Positions 31,085-45,769 of a stretch of DNA of 64,000 bases are shown here, in pieces. A program made the translations under genes and the position numbers. The notes under the pieces were generated by a model. That model worked only from the letters and a program-made list of their open reading frames with translations. It had not been told where the DNA came from and did not search any database. Every line of letters begins with the position of its first letter. Position 1 is the stretch's first letter. This DNA comes from the human T2T-CHM13v2.0 reference genome, Homo sapiens: NCBI RefSeq assembly GCF_009914755.1, contig NC_060927.1, one strand, 5' to 3'.

Positions 31085-31240
31085 TTTTTTTTGCTTTTAT
31101 TATTTTTAATTGACACATAATAATTTTACCTATTTATGTACTACAGTGAGATATTTTGATACCTATATATGATGTGTAATGATCAAATGAGGGTAATTAG
31201 CATACCTATCACCTCAAACATTTATCATTTCTTTGTGTTG
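31085..31240 (-). mobile_element. L1MA 3' end fragment
   Basis: tttttaattgacacataataatt...atgtgtaatgatcaaatgagggtaattagcatacctatcacctcaaacatttatcatttctttgtgttg. Confidence 0.8.
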
Positions 31241-31295
31241 TTTTCCAAATGTAGTTAACTATGGAAAAAAATCACTATACATTTATTCTGGGCAC

Positions 31296-32561
31296 TTTAA
31301 AATAAAGATTGTATATATTTAAGTTGTACAACATGATTTGATATAAGTATGCATTGTGTAATGATTACCACAATCAAATTAATTAACACATCCATTTCCA
31401 CCCATGCTGTACCTTGGATCCCCAGACCTTGTTCATCTTCTAGCTGAAAGTTTCTATTCTTTGACTGACATTTCCCCATTTCTTTGCCCCTTTCCCAGTC
31501 CCGGGTAACCACTATTCTCTCTGCTCCTCTGAGTTCAAACGTGAAATTTCACATATAAGTGAGATTACATGGCATTTGCCTTTCTGCGCTTGACTTACTT
31601 CACTTAGCGTAATGTTCTCCAGGTTCACTCATGTTGTCCCAAATGGCAAAATTTCCCTTTTTTAAAAGGCTGAACAGTATGTGTATATATACCACATTTT
31701 CTTTTCTTTATCCATTTATCCATTGGTGGACTCTTAGGTTAATTTTACCTCTTGACTATTGTGAATAATTCTGCAATGAACATGGAAGTGCAGATATCTC
31801 TTCCACATACTACTTCAGTGTCCTTTGGATATACCCAAAAGTAAGATTGCTGACCCATAGGGTAGTTTTATACTTTTCTTTTTATTTTTGAGGAATCTTC
31901 ACACCATTTTCCATAATGGCTTTACCTGTTTACATTCCCACCAACAATGTACAAGTAATTAATTTTCTTCACACGCTCGCCAACACTTGTTATCACTTCT
32001 CATTTTGGTAATAGTCTTCCTAACATGTATAATGTGATATCTCATTGTAGATTTGATTTGCATATCCCTGGTGATTAGTGATGTTGAGAACGTTTTCATA
32101 TACCTTTTGGCCATTTGTAGGTCTGCTTTGGAAAAATTTCTATTCAGGTCCTTTGCCCACTGTTTAAGAAGATTATTTGTTTTCTTTTTGCCATTGAGTT
32201 GTGTGAGTTCCTGATACAATATGGATATTGACCCTTTATCACATAAATGGTCTTCAAATAGTTTCTACCATCCCATAAGTTGCCTTTCATTTTATTGATT
32301 CTTTCCTTTACTGTGCAAAAGCTTTTTAGTTTGATTTAGCTCCACTTGTTTGTTTTTGCTTTTGTTGCTCAGGCTTTGGTATCGTATTCAAAATATTCAT
32401 TATGAATACCAAGGATATTTTCCCCTAGATTTTCTTCTAGGAGCTTTATGGTTTTAGAGCTTACATTAAAGTTGTTAATCCATTTCAAGTTACTTTTGTA
32501 TATGGTATAAGGGTCCAATTCTTTTGCATGCTAATATCCAGTTTTCTCATCACCATTTATT
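31296..32561 (-). mobile_element. Old L1MA (L1MA9/10-like), 3' part; interrupted by a younger L1
   Basis: L1MA 3'UTR and ORF2-like ORF 31959-32219. Breaks at ...cagttttctcatcaccatttatt. Confidence 0.85.
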
Positions 32562-32605
32562 TTCATTTTTATTTTGTTTTTGGTCAGAAGATGTCTTTGT
32601 GCATT

Positions 32606-32648
<43 letters not shown>

Positions 32649-35418
32649 TAAACTTCTATTACAGGCCCGGGGGTACATGTGCAGGCTTGTTACATGGATG
32701 AATTGCATGCTGCTCAGGCTTGGTTTACAAATGATCCCATCTCCCAAGTTGTGAGCATAGACCTGATAAGTAGCTTTTCAACCCTCGCTCCCTGCAACCC
32801 TCCCACTTCTAGTGGTCCCCGTTGTCTCGTGTTCCCATCGTTATGTTCATGCGTACTCAGTGTTTAACTCTCACTTATAAGAGAGAACCTGTGGTATTTG
32901 GTTTTCTGTTCCTGTGTTAATTCGCTTAGGATAATGGTCTCCAGCTGCATCCATGCTGCTGCAAAGGACACAGGTTGATTCTCTTTATGGTTGTTTATCA
33001 TTCCGTGAGGTACATGTACCACATTTTCTTTATCCAGTCCATGGGCATCTAGGTTGATTTCATGTCTTTAGTATTGTGACTAGTGCTGCAATGAACATAT
33101 TAATACATATGACTTTTGGTAGAATGATTTATTTTCCTTCAGATACATACCCAGTAATGGGATTGCTGGATAGAATGGCAGTTCTGTTTTAACTTCTTTA
33201 AAAAATCTCCAAACTGCTTTCCCCAGCAACTGAACTAATCTACATTCCCACAAACAGTTTGTAACGGTTCCCTTTTCTCTGCAACCTTGCCAGAATCTGT
33301 TATTTTTTGACTTTTTAATACTAACCATTCTGAATGGTGTGAAATGATATCTCATTGTGGCTTTGATGTGCATTTATCAAATAATTAGTGATGTAAAGCA
33401 TTTTAAAATATATTTTTGGCCCCGTGTATGTCTTCTTTTCAGAAGTGTCTGTCTATATTCTTTGCTCCCTTTTTTAATGGGGTTATTTGCTTTTTGCTTG
33501 CAGAATCGTTTAAGTTCCTTATAGATTTTGGATATTAGACTTTTGTCAAATGCATAGTTTGTGACTATTTTCTCCCATTCTGTAGGTTGCCTGTTTACTC
33601 TCTTGATACTCTCTTTCATTGTGCAGAAGCTCTTTAATTAGGTTCCACTTGTCAAGTTTTGTTTTGTTGCAATTGGTTTTGGGAAGTTATAAATTCTTTG
33701 CCAAGGCTGATCTCCAGAATGGTGATTCTTAGGTTTTCTTCTAGAATTTTTATAGTTTTAGGCTTTACATTCAAATCTTCAGTCCATCTTCAGTTGTTTT
33801 TGGTATATAGTGAAAGGTGAAAGGTAGGGGTTCAGTTTCACTCTTCTGCATGTGGCTAGCTAGTTATCACAGCATCATTTACTGATTAGGGATTCCTTTC
33901 CCTATTGCTCATCATTGTTGACTTTGTCAAACATCAGATGATTGAAGGTATTTGGCTTTATTTCTGGTTTCTCTATTCTTTTCCATTGCTGTGTGTGTCT
34001 GTTTTTGCTGTTTTGGTTTCTGTAGCCTTGTAGTGTAGTTTGCAGTCAGGTGATGTGACAAATCCAGCTTTATTTTTTTTGCTTAGAATTTCTTTGGCTA
34101 TTCAGCCTCCTTTTTGCTACCATATGAAGTTCAGGGTAGTATATCCAGTTCTGTGAAAAATGATGTGTGTAGTTTGATAGGAATAGCATTGAATCTGTTG
34201 GTTGATTTAGGCAGTATGGCAATTTTAACAATATTGATTCTTCCAATTCATGAGCATGGGATGCTTTTCATTTCTTTGTATCATCTATGATTTCTTCATC
34301 AGTTTTTGTAGTTCTCTTTGTAGAGATCTTTCATCTCCTTGGTTAGATCTATTCCAAGGTATTTTTTCTAGGTATCATGCATGGGATCATGTTCTTGATT
34401 TGGCTCTCAGCTTGAACATTATTGTTGTATAGAAATGCTACTGATTTTTATACATTGATTTTGTAACCTGAAATTTTCCTGCAGTCATTTACCATTTCTA
34501 GGAGCCCTTTGATGGAGTCTAGAGTTTTCTGGGTATAGAATCGTATCATCTGCAAACAGAGATAATTTGACTTCTTATTTTTCTATTTGGATACCTTTTA
34601 TTTCTTTCTCTTACCTGAGTGCTCCGGCTAGGAATTTCAGTAAAGTGTTGAATAGGAGTGGTGAGAGTGGGCATCCTCATCTTGTTACATCTCTTCAGAT
34701 GAATGCTTCCAGCTTCCGCTCATTCAGTACAATGTTGGCTGTGAATTTGTCGTAGATGGCTGTTAGTATTTTGAGGTATTTTTCTTCAGTGTCTGGTTTG
34801 TTGAGGGTTTTTATCATGAAAGGATGTTGAATTTTATCAAAAGCATTTTCTGCATCTATTTATCAAAAGCATTTCTGCATCACATAATTTTGTTTTAAAT
34901 TCAGTTTATGTGGTGAATCACATTTATTGATTTATGTATACTAAACCATCACTGCATCCCAGGAATAAAGCTTACTTAATCGTGGCGAATTAGCTTTCTG
35001 ATGTGCTGCTGGATTTGGTTTGCTAGTATTTTGGTGAGGATTTTTTAATCTATGTTCATCAGGGATATTAGCCTGCAGTTTTCTTTGTTGTTGTTGTTGT
35101 TGTTGTTGTTGTGTCTTTGTTAGATTTTGGCATCAGGGTGATGCTGGCTTCATAGAATGAGTTAGAGAGGAGTCCCTCCTGCTCTATTTTTTCAATTAGT
35201 TTCAGTAGGATTGGTAACAGTTCTTCATACATCTGGTAGAATTTAGCTGTGAATCCATCTGATCCAGGGCTCTTTTTGGTTGGTAGGTTTTTCATTACTG
35301 ATGCAATTTCAGAACCTGATATTGGTTTGTTCAGGATTTTTTTATTTCTTCCTGACTCAGTCTTGTGAGGTTGTGTGTTTCCAGAAATTTATTTATTTCC
35401 TCTAAAGTTTTCAGTCTG
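32562..35418 (-). mobile_element. L1PA15/16-like LINE-1, 5'-truncated, nested in the older L1, with a short 3' transduction
   Basis: (TTTA)n tail at 32604-32649, L1PA 3'UTR, ORF2 fragments 33080-33373, 33377-33619 and 35068-35295. TSD tctcatcaccatttatt (32545-32561) / tcccagcaccatttatt (35419-35435). Confidence 0.88.
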
Positions 35419-35823
35419 TCCCAGCACCATTTATTGGAGACATCTTTTCCCCATTGTGTATTCTTGGTGCCCTTGTCAACGACTAGTTGATGATGTCTGC
35501 ATAGATTCCAGGGGTCTACATGTCTGTTTTATGCCAGCAACATAGTATTTTAATTAATATAGCTTTGTTACAGACAAAGCTATATCATCATCATCAGAAA
35601 ACATGATGGTTCCAGCTTTGTTCTTCTTTCTCAAAATTTTTTGGCTCTTTGGAGTCTTTTGTTGTTTCATATGATATTTAGGTTTTTTTCCATCTGTTAA
35701 AAATGCCATTGGAATTTTAATGGAGATTGCATTGAATCTGTAGATGGCTTTGAGTAGTATGAACATTTTAACAGTACTAATTCTTCCAATCCATGTACAT
35801 GGGATATATTTTCATTTATTTGT
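35419..35823 (-). mobile_element. Continuation of the older L1MA
   Basis: Resumes at cccagcaccatttattggaga, where the left part stopped. ORF 35554-35766 is ORF2-like ([14 protein letters not shown]). Confidence 0.82.
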
Positions 35824-37506
35824 TGTCATTAGTTTCTAGTGGGAAATTTTATAGGATTTAAGTGCCAACCATCTATCAAATCTCTAATCTATTAAGACAA
35901 CCAAAATTCAAAAATAAAGTTCTTCTTATGATTGTCAAAGGTCTCTTAACATGAAGACAGAAATCATGGATCTACTATTAACTCACTTTTTAAAAATTTG
36001 GATGCTTAAAAAGAGAAAAAAATTATTATACTCTTATGGTAAGATTTAAATATTCATAGTGTTATGTTACCTGCCCTTAAGAATTATAAATCTCGAAAAT
36101 GCAAGCCAAACACAAATAATATTCTATATATAAATCAAAGACTGTCATGAAGCTTTTAATTGGTTAGCGTTTTTAACTACATGGCCTTAAGAAAACAGGC
36201 TATAGTGCAACCAGAAAGAATACAAGTAAAAAAGTGTCAACTAATAAGATAGACATGAGGGTATAAGTAGAAAAATCCACTTTCTACTTCCTAATCACAT
36301 TTCCTATGTATGGACTTGTGTTGTTACAATATATCAAAATATTCTGATCTGCTTTATGTTGGACAATTATTTTTTGAGAAATAATGATATAAACACTTGT
36401 TAGTCCCATAATTTATGTTCTGAGTTTGACTTGTAGTTATATGCTTTGTGCAAAGGAATCTGTTGAATCTACTGGACACATGGAGAACAACATTTCCAAT
36501 TGTAGTCTCATTTGCTGGGTTAAGTTTTCCTGTATCTTCTTGGGGAAAAAAAAAAAAACACGTTGGCCTTGGGTGCATAGTAATAGAATAAGCATTCATC
36601 AGGAGATTGTTATATATCACAAATGGGGTTGAGTTGTCACAGGTGACATCTTTAATTTCCTCAATTTGAGTGTAAAGGCCTAGAGAAGTTAATTGTTCAG
36701 AACTCATAAATGACACAGCTGAAATCTAACTAGATTAGCCAAGAAATTAAAATTATTGAGTTAAATATTCATTCAATGTGTGGCTATATGTGAGTGTGCT
36801 TGCACACGCATGTGTGTGTGAATGTTGAAATCAGAAGTATGACGGTCTCTTGATCCACTGAAATGATAAGATAAAAGAGTAAAGAAATGTGTAACTTCTT
36901 GATGGACATCCAACTTGCAGTGAACAATGCAAAATTTTAAAAATTTAAATAAGGCTTTAATCTGCCACAGCTCTGGTATTTTTGCTAGGGTTGCCTTTCC
37001 TTTTTCCTCACATACTTGTGATTAATGTTTTGATAGACATATTTTGATAGCTTTTAAAAAGCTACACTTTATAATTTGAAATGTGTGAGAGGTAGCTACT
37101 GTGAAAACAGTTTTAGCTTCTTTTTTTTTTTTTTTCCTGACTTGTTGGCCTTATCCTGTTAATCACTGTTTATTCTGAGCTGTAAGGAAATAATCAAAGA
37201 ATGCCTAGAAGTCAAGCTCACATGGGCATTTTTCATTTTGGAAACTTCAAGAAGCTTTGCTATGTACTGAGTCTATAGGCAAAACAGAACTACAGCTCTT
37301 AGTTTGAATTCTCAACAAATTTTGCTTCCCTGATATATCAAATATACTTTAGAGAACTGTAATGCCTTTTGCTTGTTTTTATTTTTGGTGTTTTTCCTAA
37401 AGAGCCCCATGTACTTTATCTTTCATTGTTTTTCTTAGAAAAGAAACATGCACTTTAATTCCCAAAGGGCATCTTTGAGACCTTGTTTATGATACAGCAA
37501 GTATTT

Positions 37507-37584
37507 TATATATGTATGTGTATGTGTATATATATATATATCTTGCTATATGTATATAATATATAATATAATATATATATATAT
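37507..37584. repeat. Imperfect (TA)n/(TATG)n microsatellite
   Basis: Seen directly. Confidence 0.9.
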
Positions 37585-40078
37585 CCCTTGCTTGCAAAAA
37601 ACAGACTCAGTATAGACTGATTTTATTATATTATATTCCATCTAGTGTCAGAGTATCTCTAACTAATGAAATTTCTCATTAATTAGGTCTTTTCATGTTA
37701 CTCCCTTTATTTCTACTGAAAGTCACCATATTTCTAGTTAATTCCTGGCTATAAAGCATCATATGTGTTTAAAAGCCCTCAATGAAGAAAATATTTCCCT
37801 ATGACTTTCATACAGGCTGCTATTTTAAATGTCATAATTGCCCACAACTTGTCAGTTTTGAAAAAGCGTTTTAGTTTTGAGCTGCCAAATGGAATAAAAA
37901 TGATGTTATTGACTTGTAACAAAGGGACTAAAGCACTCTGATAGCATCTGACCTTTTATCATCACTTATTTAAAGAGCTTTCAGGGGAGGAAAAAAAACC
38001 TACCTTAAAATGTGCAGTAACTTGCTAGTGAAGTGCTTTTTCTTAGTGTAGTGAGCTGAGAAGAGTTCTGGAAAAAAGCCCAGAGGGCATGGTTGTAAAA
38101 ATGACCATTTGCTACTGGTGCAGATAATAATTTATTCCAGTGAAAGAAAAGAAAAAACTGTGGTCACATATGGCTTCAGGTTTTGATTCTTTCTATCTTC
38201 TACTGACTGCTAACAATAATTAAAATTTTTTAGAAACAACCTGATCAAGGCCTAGAAAACCAGTCTCCATCTTCAATCAATAGTGGAGGTCAGGATTAAT
38301 TTGTTGTTTTAAAATGTGGAAATTACTCTCTGTGTTTGAGAGCAGTATGTGGCACCTCTTAACTATATGACAAAAAGGGCCTTGAATTTCACTGGATGTG
38401 TGTGGCATAAAGGATATCTATTTGGAGAGATTTAATGGGACTGAAATAGAGGGTAATGGATACTGAATTGGGGTAATTTATGTTGTGCACTGAAGAAGAT
38501 ATCCAGGGAAACTTCAAAGACAATCCCTCCTGCATGACTAAAACTGAAAAACATTTCAAAGCTCTCTGCCTCTTACATGAAACTAAGTATCAATCTATTG
38601 GTTTCAGAATTTATATATTTAAAGATTTTGATACGAGCAAAATGGCATCTATACAGCCATGTGAGTGCCTGGCAAGCTAAAGCACAAGAACAAACATAGT
38701 TCAGATAACAGGCAAAGTTATTTCAGGTGGCTTCCAATTCACCATGTGAGAAAGAATATGAACTTGCCAATTATGAATTACATAGGAGGGATCATTTTCT
38801 TCTGTAGTTGTAAAAATGAAGATCTCAGTTTCCATACGATATAGTTCAATGAATTTTTTTTCAAATGGCAGCAGTTTTAATAAGGGACATTCCATGATCT
38901 GAGATATGATTAGGAATGTGTACAAGTCATGTTCATTTTAGAATATTTCTCATCGTCCTAACAACACAAATTAAAATCAGTATGGCTAACTACTTCATGT
39001 GTTATAATGTTTGATGAGTTAAATCTGGGGATCTCTGCTTCACTTCTTGAAATGTATAAATGCCACTAAAATAAAGGGAAAATAAGCATGGTAACTGTTA
39101 ACTGGATAATGTAATGTTTTCATGCTTCTCAAGTAGAACTTTCTAAAGTATTTTCAATAGTTTTAAGTGACTATAATATTAAATATAAAAAACATTCTCC
39201 TTTTACCTATAATTTAATTAGGGGGAAAAAAACAGTTCCAGAGAGATTTCGCAATATTAAGGAAGAAAAATTCATCATGGTGGGTTTAACCTGTTAGAAT
39301 TGAGGTAGAGCTAAGGAATCAGAGGAAAGACACTTTGTACAAAGTGGAGATTTTTTTTTCCAATTGTGTCAGTTATGTCTCGTCATCATTCTTTGGAACT
39401 GACTGACATGCTTCAGCAATCATTTTTGACGTTCAATACACATGAGAATTTTGGGCTAGAACAAGAATCTTTTCTTGAAAATATCTACATGAACTCTGAC
39501 AAACAATATACTGCTTAAAAGAGCTGTACTCTGTTACTATTCTGCAGGTATATTAATTTAGAGTATATTTTTACCATAACACATAACTTCTAAAATTAAA
39601 CTCCACTGTAAGATAAAAATTATAATCAAAGTGTGTTGCTTCCTATTCTAAGTAGTATTAGGAAATTATTTACCTGAGATATTGTGATAAAAGTATGCTG
39701 CATTTATACTAATTATCCATTCAGTAGCTTCCTCCATAGCCCTTATAATGCATATTCTACTGTTATAAGCACACCAATATGAATTCACTGGGGCATTATC
39801 ACTACCATACATAAATCAGACGAAATATTTGGTCATTTTGATTATCTTCAATGTTTGTTTGTTTTTGACAACAATATTTTAGAATCACTTCATCTATACA
39901 TACTCAACTCAAATTTTAAGTGGTTATCTTATTAATAGTGGTTAAAGAACCATCACTGGGGCTAAAGTCCAGTGTGTGGGATCACATTAAATCACTTGCA
40001 ATCTATGTGAATTTAAACAAGGGGCTTGAATCTTCTGCATCTTTAAAAGGAAACATAAATCAAACTCACCTCATAGGT

Positions 40079-40257
40079 CAAGACCACCTACATAAACTGT
40101 GGGCTCAGGAAAAAATAAAAATGTAGGGCCCTTACTCAAACATCATGACCAATTTCAAGTTGGCAGTAGCAGAGCATTAATCACTGATGGCAGAGCTTGA
40201 AGCCGAGATTGGAGCTCTTCTAAACACAGAGCCTTGTGCAACCCACCTTGGAAGCTG
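40079..40257 (-). mobile_element. MER45A-like hAT-Tip100 DNA transposon inserted in a MIR-like remnant
   Basis: caagaccacctacataa...aaaatgtagggccctt...aatttcaag...agcagagcattaa matches the remembered MER45A consensus. Confidence 0.7.
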
Positions 40258-40719
40258 TTGTGAAGAGTAAGTTTATAAACTGCTTATTAGCACATATTAT
40301 GCACTCAAAAATAATTTTAACAATTATTTTCTACAAAATTTTTATTTGAGGTGCTCTGGTTATAATATACTTTTTTGGAGGAGAGGGGAGGACCTTAACT
40401 TAATCTCTGCATTTTGGTTTTGTTTTGAAATTTTAAATAGTATTTTTAAAAACCCCTTAGTGAGTTTGATATGCAGCCAAGGTTGAAAAAATCATCAGAT
40501 ATTTAACTAAATTACTTCTCACTGACTCTGTACTGTATCTTTTATATTTATACAATATATAAAATACCAGTCATAGATTGATTTTATTTACCCAGTTACA
40601 ATAATAGAATGGGGAGGGAATTATGAAAGTAACTAAAATGACTTGGATGATTCAAAGGTTAATAAAGGTTTATTGTCCTTAAGGAAATAATAACCTACAG
40701 CTCAAAATGTAATTGAAAG

Positions 40720-40880
40720 CCTCTTACTGCAAATTCACTTAGGGGTGCTTGTTAAAATTTCAGATGTTTTGGACTTAGCCTGACCTACTGAATCAGAATC
40801 TTGAGGTGGGATGGAGAGGGAAGAACATGTGTTTTGTCAAGCCCCTCTCTTTAACATATGCTTGGAAATTTGAGAGCCTT
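40720..40880. mobile_element. MER5A-like DNA transposon fossil
   Basis: gtgcttgttaaaatttcagat...gacctactgaatcagaatct...tttgagagcc. Confidence 0.65.
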
Positions 40881-43800
40881 GGTTTAATATTACAATGCCT
40901 ACTTGTCACAGCTATTCTTCCCTGAAGCAAATTTAACAGCCAAGACTGTAGTACCCTAATTAACATTGCTGTTCACCTGGTGTCTATAACTCACTGTGTA
41001 GCATAGGGCCTGAGAGGAATAAAAAAGCTGCTCCGATTTTTTTCCCTTGCTTTACTGGCAAGGTCAACCCTCATTTTAGTTATTGAAATAGTATAATTTC
41101 TTCTCTAGTCTGTTAAAGATGACTATTCTGAAATATATGAAAATTCCTATTTTTATATCCCCTTGTCCATTTTGTAATATTTATAATACTCTCTCTGTCT
41201 ATATATTTTCCTCTGTACTTAGATCTTACATAAAAGGCTAATCACACATAATAATAAACATGAAAAACATATGGTTATTATTCTTTGCCATTTTTTTTGG
41301 TTTTAACCTTAGGACTATTTCTTTGTACTAGCTACTCTGCTGCCTACGATAGAGAGCTCAATGAGTGCACATTGCAATTGGTGTACTTCTTACCTCAGGC
41401 ACACAATTTAGCCTTCTATATAATTGGCATTCAGGAAGATGAGGGGAAGTGGGACTGAAAAAGGAAAGGCAGTCATATCTCATAATTGCAAATATGAAAG
41501 TCAGGGTCACCCATTTCATGGTGAGAAAGAAAACATCAAAATCCTATGTCTTTATATTACTTATTCAGGCAAATACTGAATTTAGTTACCACATGTTAGA
41601 CTAAATAAATGGCTATGTATTCTTTACAGATCTTATAAAATAGTTCATTCAGTAAAAAAGAACCATTTTATCATTGCCATCTGAGAGTTCCGAATAATTA
41701 CGGGTAATAAAAGAGGAACAATAAGTGAAAGCATCATTTTTTGGCCATGTCTTATTTCTCACAGGGACATGTTCATTAACGAGAATAAAGATTCTACTCA
41801 GAATTGTATACTTTAAGTTTCTCTTTATTTGATATATAATTTACCAGTTCACTCTCCTTCAGCTTTTTTCTGTAATTACTTGAATTTTATTCAACATGCG
41901 TCCTTTTTTGACAGCCATGTTTTTTAGTTCAATAAATGTTATCAAGCATTCTTTGACTGCTCCTATTGCATCAACTGTAATTAGCTTTTGATTACTGTTA
42001 ATTTCACAGCATTTTCCCTTTAATAAGTACATCAAAATGCTTTCATTTCTGTTGCAGCAAGTTTAATTAGTTTTTGAACCATGTTTCTGTTTTTCCTTCC
42101 ATTTTTAGAAAAAAATGACAACACCTACTTTCTTTGTTTCTATGAGGATATCCATGACTTACAATGTGGTGTTCACCAAAAGCGGTCACCTAAGACTTAC
42201 AATACTAAATTGTGGTAACATGTAGCCTTTTTATTTGCATCAAGAATATTCTCATGTACTCACATACTTATAATTCTGATTATTTAAAAAATATTGTATA
42301 ATTTTACTTTCAGCTTTTAAAGGTGCTAAATGATTTATTTAAAACAACTAGGATTCTAATTGATCCCTCAATTCAATTAAATAAGCTGATTCACACTCCA
42401 TGTATTCAATTATATGACACAGAATACCTGTATTCTCTTTTCAGAAATCCATTGTTCATTTTGTGTTAGTGAACCCAACTGTTACTTGCAGTATCCCTTA
42501 GGATAAAATGCTACAAGGTATTTTTCAGTGGCCTATATCATAATTAATGCAATTTTAACATGCAAGATATATTTATGGCTTTTTAATTATATGGATAGAA
42601 CTTTGAAAATAATTATATAAATTTATATGAAATGAAACATTAACTCTTATTTATTCATGTGACTTGAATTGTAAACTGGGCATATGTAGGGACTTAAAAC
42701 TTCTAAATACCACCAAAAAGAAAACCCAAAAAATAAGCTGAAAGTAACTACATATCATATTTATTACTACTGAACTCAAATACCAGTGATTCTAAATTGG
42801 TCTATAGTATTCAATATTATAACTCACTTTATAAGACTGTAATAATTGAAATAATAATATAATAATCAATATTACAGAATGATTGGAGGGCAGTGGAAGA
42901 AAAGTAAATGCCCAATTAGAGAATTGATTATATTCAATATTATATTATAATCTCTTGATAACATGAAACTTTTCAGATAGAAATTTGACAATTTCAAAAC
43001 TTAAAATTGAATATTACGGGTAATGGTATCCTTTAGGTGAATATTTAAAAACACTTTCAGTGCCAGGCTAGAATTACATATCAGGTAGCATGGGGAGGTA
43101 GAGGAGTAGTGTAATATAAGAGAGGTAGAGAGGAGTCACGAGCCCAGTGCCTTATGAATTTAGAGTACCTTGCTTAAAAAAGATGAACCCTATATTTTAA
43201 GAAGCTTAAAGTTTATTTAGTCCTACCATCTTTCTGATATTACTTTCATTTCCATATTATTATTCTAAATGTTCTTTCAAATTTTGTTTACTATTCTTGT
43301 TAGAGGAAACTCCCTATATTCAAAGGGAGTCCACACTGTTTTCAGCTTGTCCTGAAGTACTTGTTTTAAACTAAAGTCTGATAGCTTGTTTCTTTCACCC
43401 TTGGGTTTTAATTCTACCCAACCAATCCAGGTTTGTGGCTGTTGGGGTGGACGAGTAGTGGACACAATATCTGTAGCACACATAATTAAGGTTCAAAAAA
43501 CATATTTCTTTGGATTAACAGACTTTATTCATACCTATATAGCAACAAATATGCTATATAGCAATGAGATGCCTGCATATAACATTATTCTTTGTTTAAT
43601 ATTTAATATTAAACAGAGAAACATAAATTTTATCATATCTTTCTGTGACTGAATTTCAAATGACTGTAATTTGTCTAATTTCCTTGGTATGCCTTTATTG
43701 AGAATCCCTTATAATATTATTAAAAACATTTCAGGGCTTGTGATTTGTAAAATTATAGTTTCTGTCTTGTAACTAATTTTAATGTATTTTTATTTTCTAT

Positions 43801-45769
43801 AACAAACCCCTTTATCATGCTCACATTACTTGTATGTTATGCTTTTACATTTAAAAAAATTATTTGCTTTAATGCATAAATTTTCCAATCCTGCGGCTGC
43901 TGCAGAGGTTAAAAAAGTCTACCAAGAAAACATTCACCATGAACTCTCGTGATTAGTTTCTTTGTGTATTGCTCCAGAGTAAAACAAATCAGCACTAGAA
44001 GGAAAATCTGTTCTGCGAGGTCCCACACTGCTGGTCTAATGACCTATCCCCACAAGAGGATTGAATAGAGTAGATCCACTGTGGCTTCCCAAATGGCTGA
44101 GGCTGGCAGCCTCTGGAGATGAGGAACAACAGCTGAGGTGATAGAGAAAATAAAATGTTCTGCTTGAATGCAAGTTATATTTGCCTGTCTTCCTCAACCC
44201 TCTTTCAAGAAATGTTGCCATTTCAGACCAGGACAGCTGCTATTTTTTTCATTTTTAGTTTTTCAGTCAAAGCTTCATGGAAAAACTAGACTTGGATCAA
44301 TGAGACTTATCTTCTTGGGCCAATTAATTTCCTGTCCACAGTCTCTTAAATTCATCTCAAATCTAAACTTCCTTCAGAAAGCTTCCCTACCGATGAGGTA
44401 ACATCACATGTCTTCTTGGCAAGGTTAGGAAGCAGGGAAGCCATATGTCCACACCCGCTTCCTTCTCTGCAGATCTCATCTAGGATTGAGGATAAAGAGA
44501 GGGTGTCCCCTATATTTTAATTCAACTTTTCATCTGTTTATTAAACTTAGTCTTATGTCTTTCTTTCAGTTATCATGATTTTACCCTTACTGTTAACTTC
44601 TTATAGGAGACATCTATGTCTCATAAATAATTATATTAAATTCATTAGATATCAGATTCATAAATTAGTAGATATTATACACAAAAGTTATTTAGCATTG
44701 ATTCCTATACGTTAGAGAGCAGATTAAAAATATTTAAAAAGATACACAATTGTGGGCATGCATTCATATAACTGCCAGTTACAGGTAAAAGCAAAACATA
44801 AATAAATAATTGTAATTATATACTAGTAGTACCTATGTATATTGGCAGAGGAAATAGAAAAAGGAAACCGTATAACCATGATTAAATGTTTAGCATTGTC
44901 ATGGCTTTGGAAGCTGCCATGGTGCTTAGATACACTAGACACATCTTTTGAAAAATGCATTTTGGAAAAACATGGAATAATAACTAAGATTCTTTCAGTT
45001 TTGAGATTATATTTAGAATCCATTTATGAAATTGAAAAATCTTATTTCATTTAGATAATATTTTGCTTTCTTTGCTGACTTTAAGTGCATGGGAATCAAT
45101 AGCAGAAACATCGTCATCTAACCCCAGCCTTAGTAATGTATCTTTGTCTTTAAGAATACGGTCTTTCTCTCTCTCTCTTTCCTCCTACCCAACCCCGCCC
45201 CCCAACCTTTTCTTTCTCTCTTTAGTGGAAAGTTACAATAGGATATATGGTGATTCTTTAACTTTTATCATTAAGCAAGATATTAACTACATATTTCAAA
45301 CTTTGTCTTATATTTTTTATTTAAAGTAAGGTGGAATACAAATTTTTTCTCAAATAAATATTTATATGAGGTTTTGTAACCATCCCATTATGTTGATTTT
45401 CAATAGTAATAAATATCTAATTCAATATTCTCTCATCACTTTAATTAAATGTGAGTAAAACAGAAATAAAAATGTTAATTAACTATATGTAAGATTATCA
45501 TTAATACATGTTTAAGCTGGCTTTTCTCCAAGCTCAGCAGTGCATTTGAAGATCACGTTAATGCTCCAGGTAAACAACAGAAGCTAAAACACCAGGAGAA
45601 ACTCTAATGCAAATATGTTAGACAATGTTCCAAATAGACTTGAGCAAGAATTTCTATTATAAATCTTTTCAGAAAGTGCAGTTTCATGTGAGTGTATGTG
45701 TGTGTGGGGGGGGAGCGGTTACTAAAAAAACAAACCTGATGCTCTTAGTTTAGATATTACTAGCACCCA

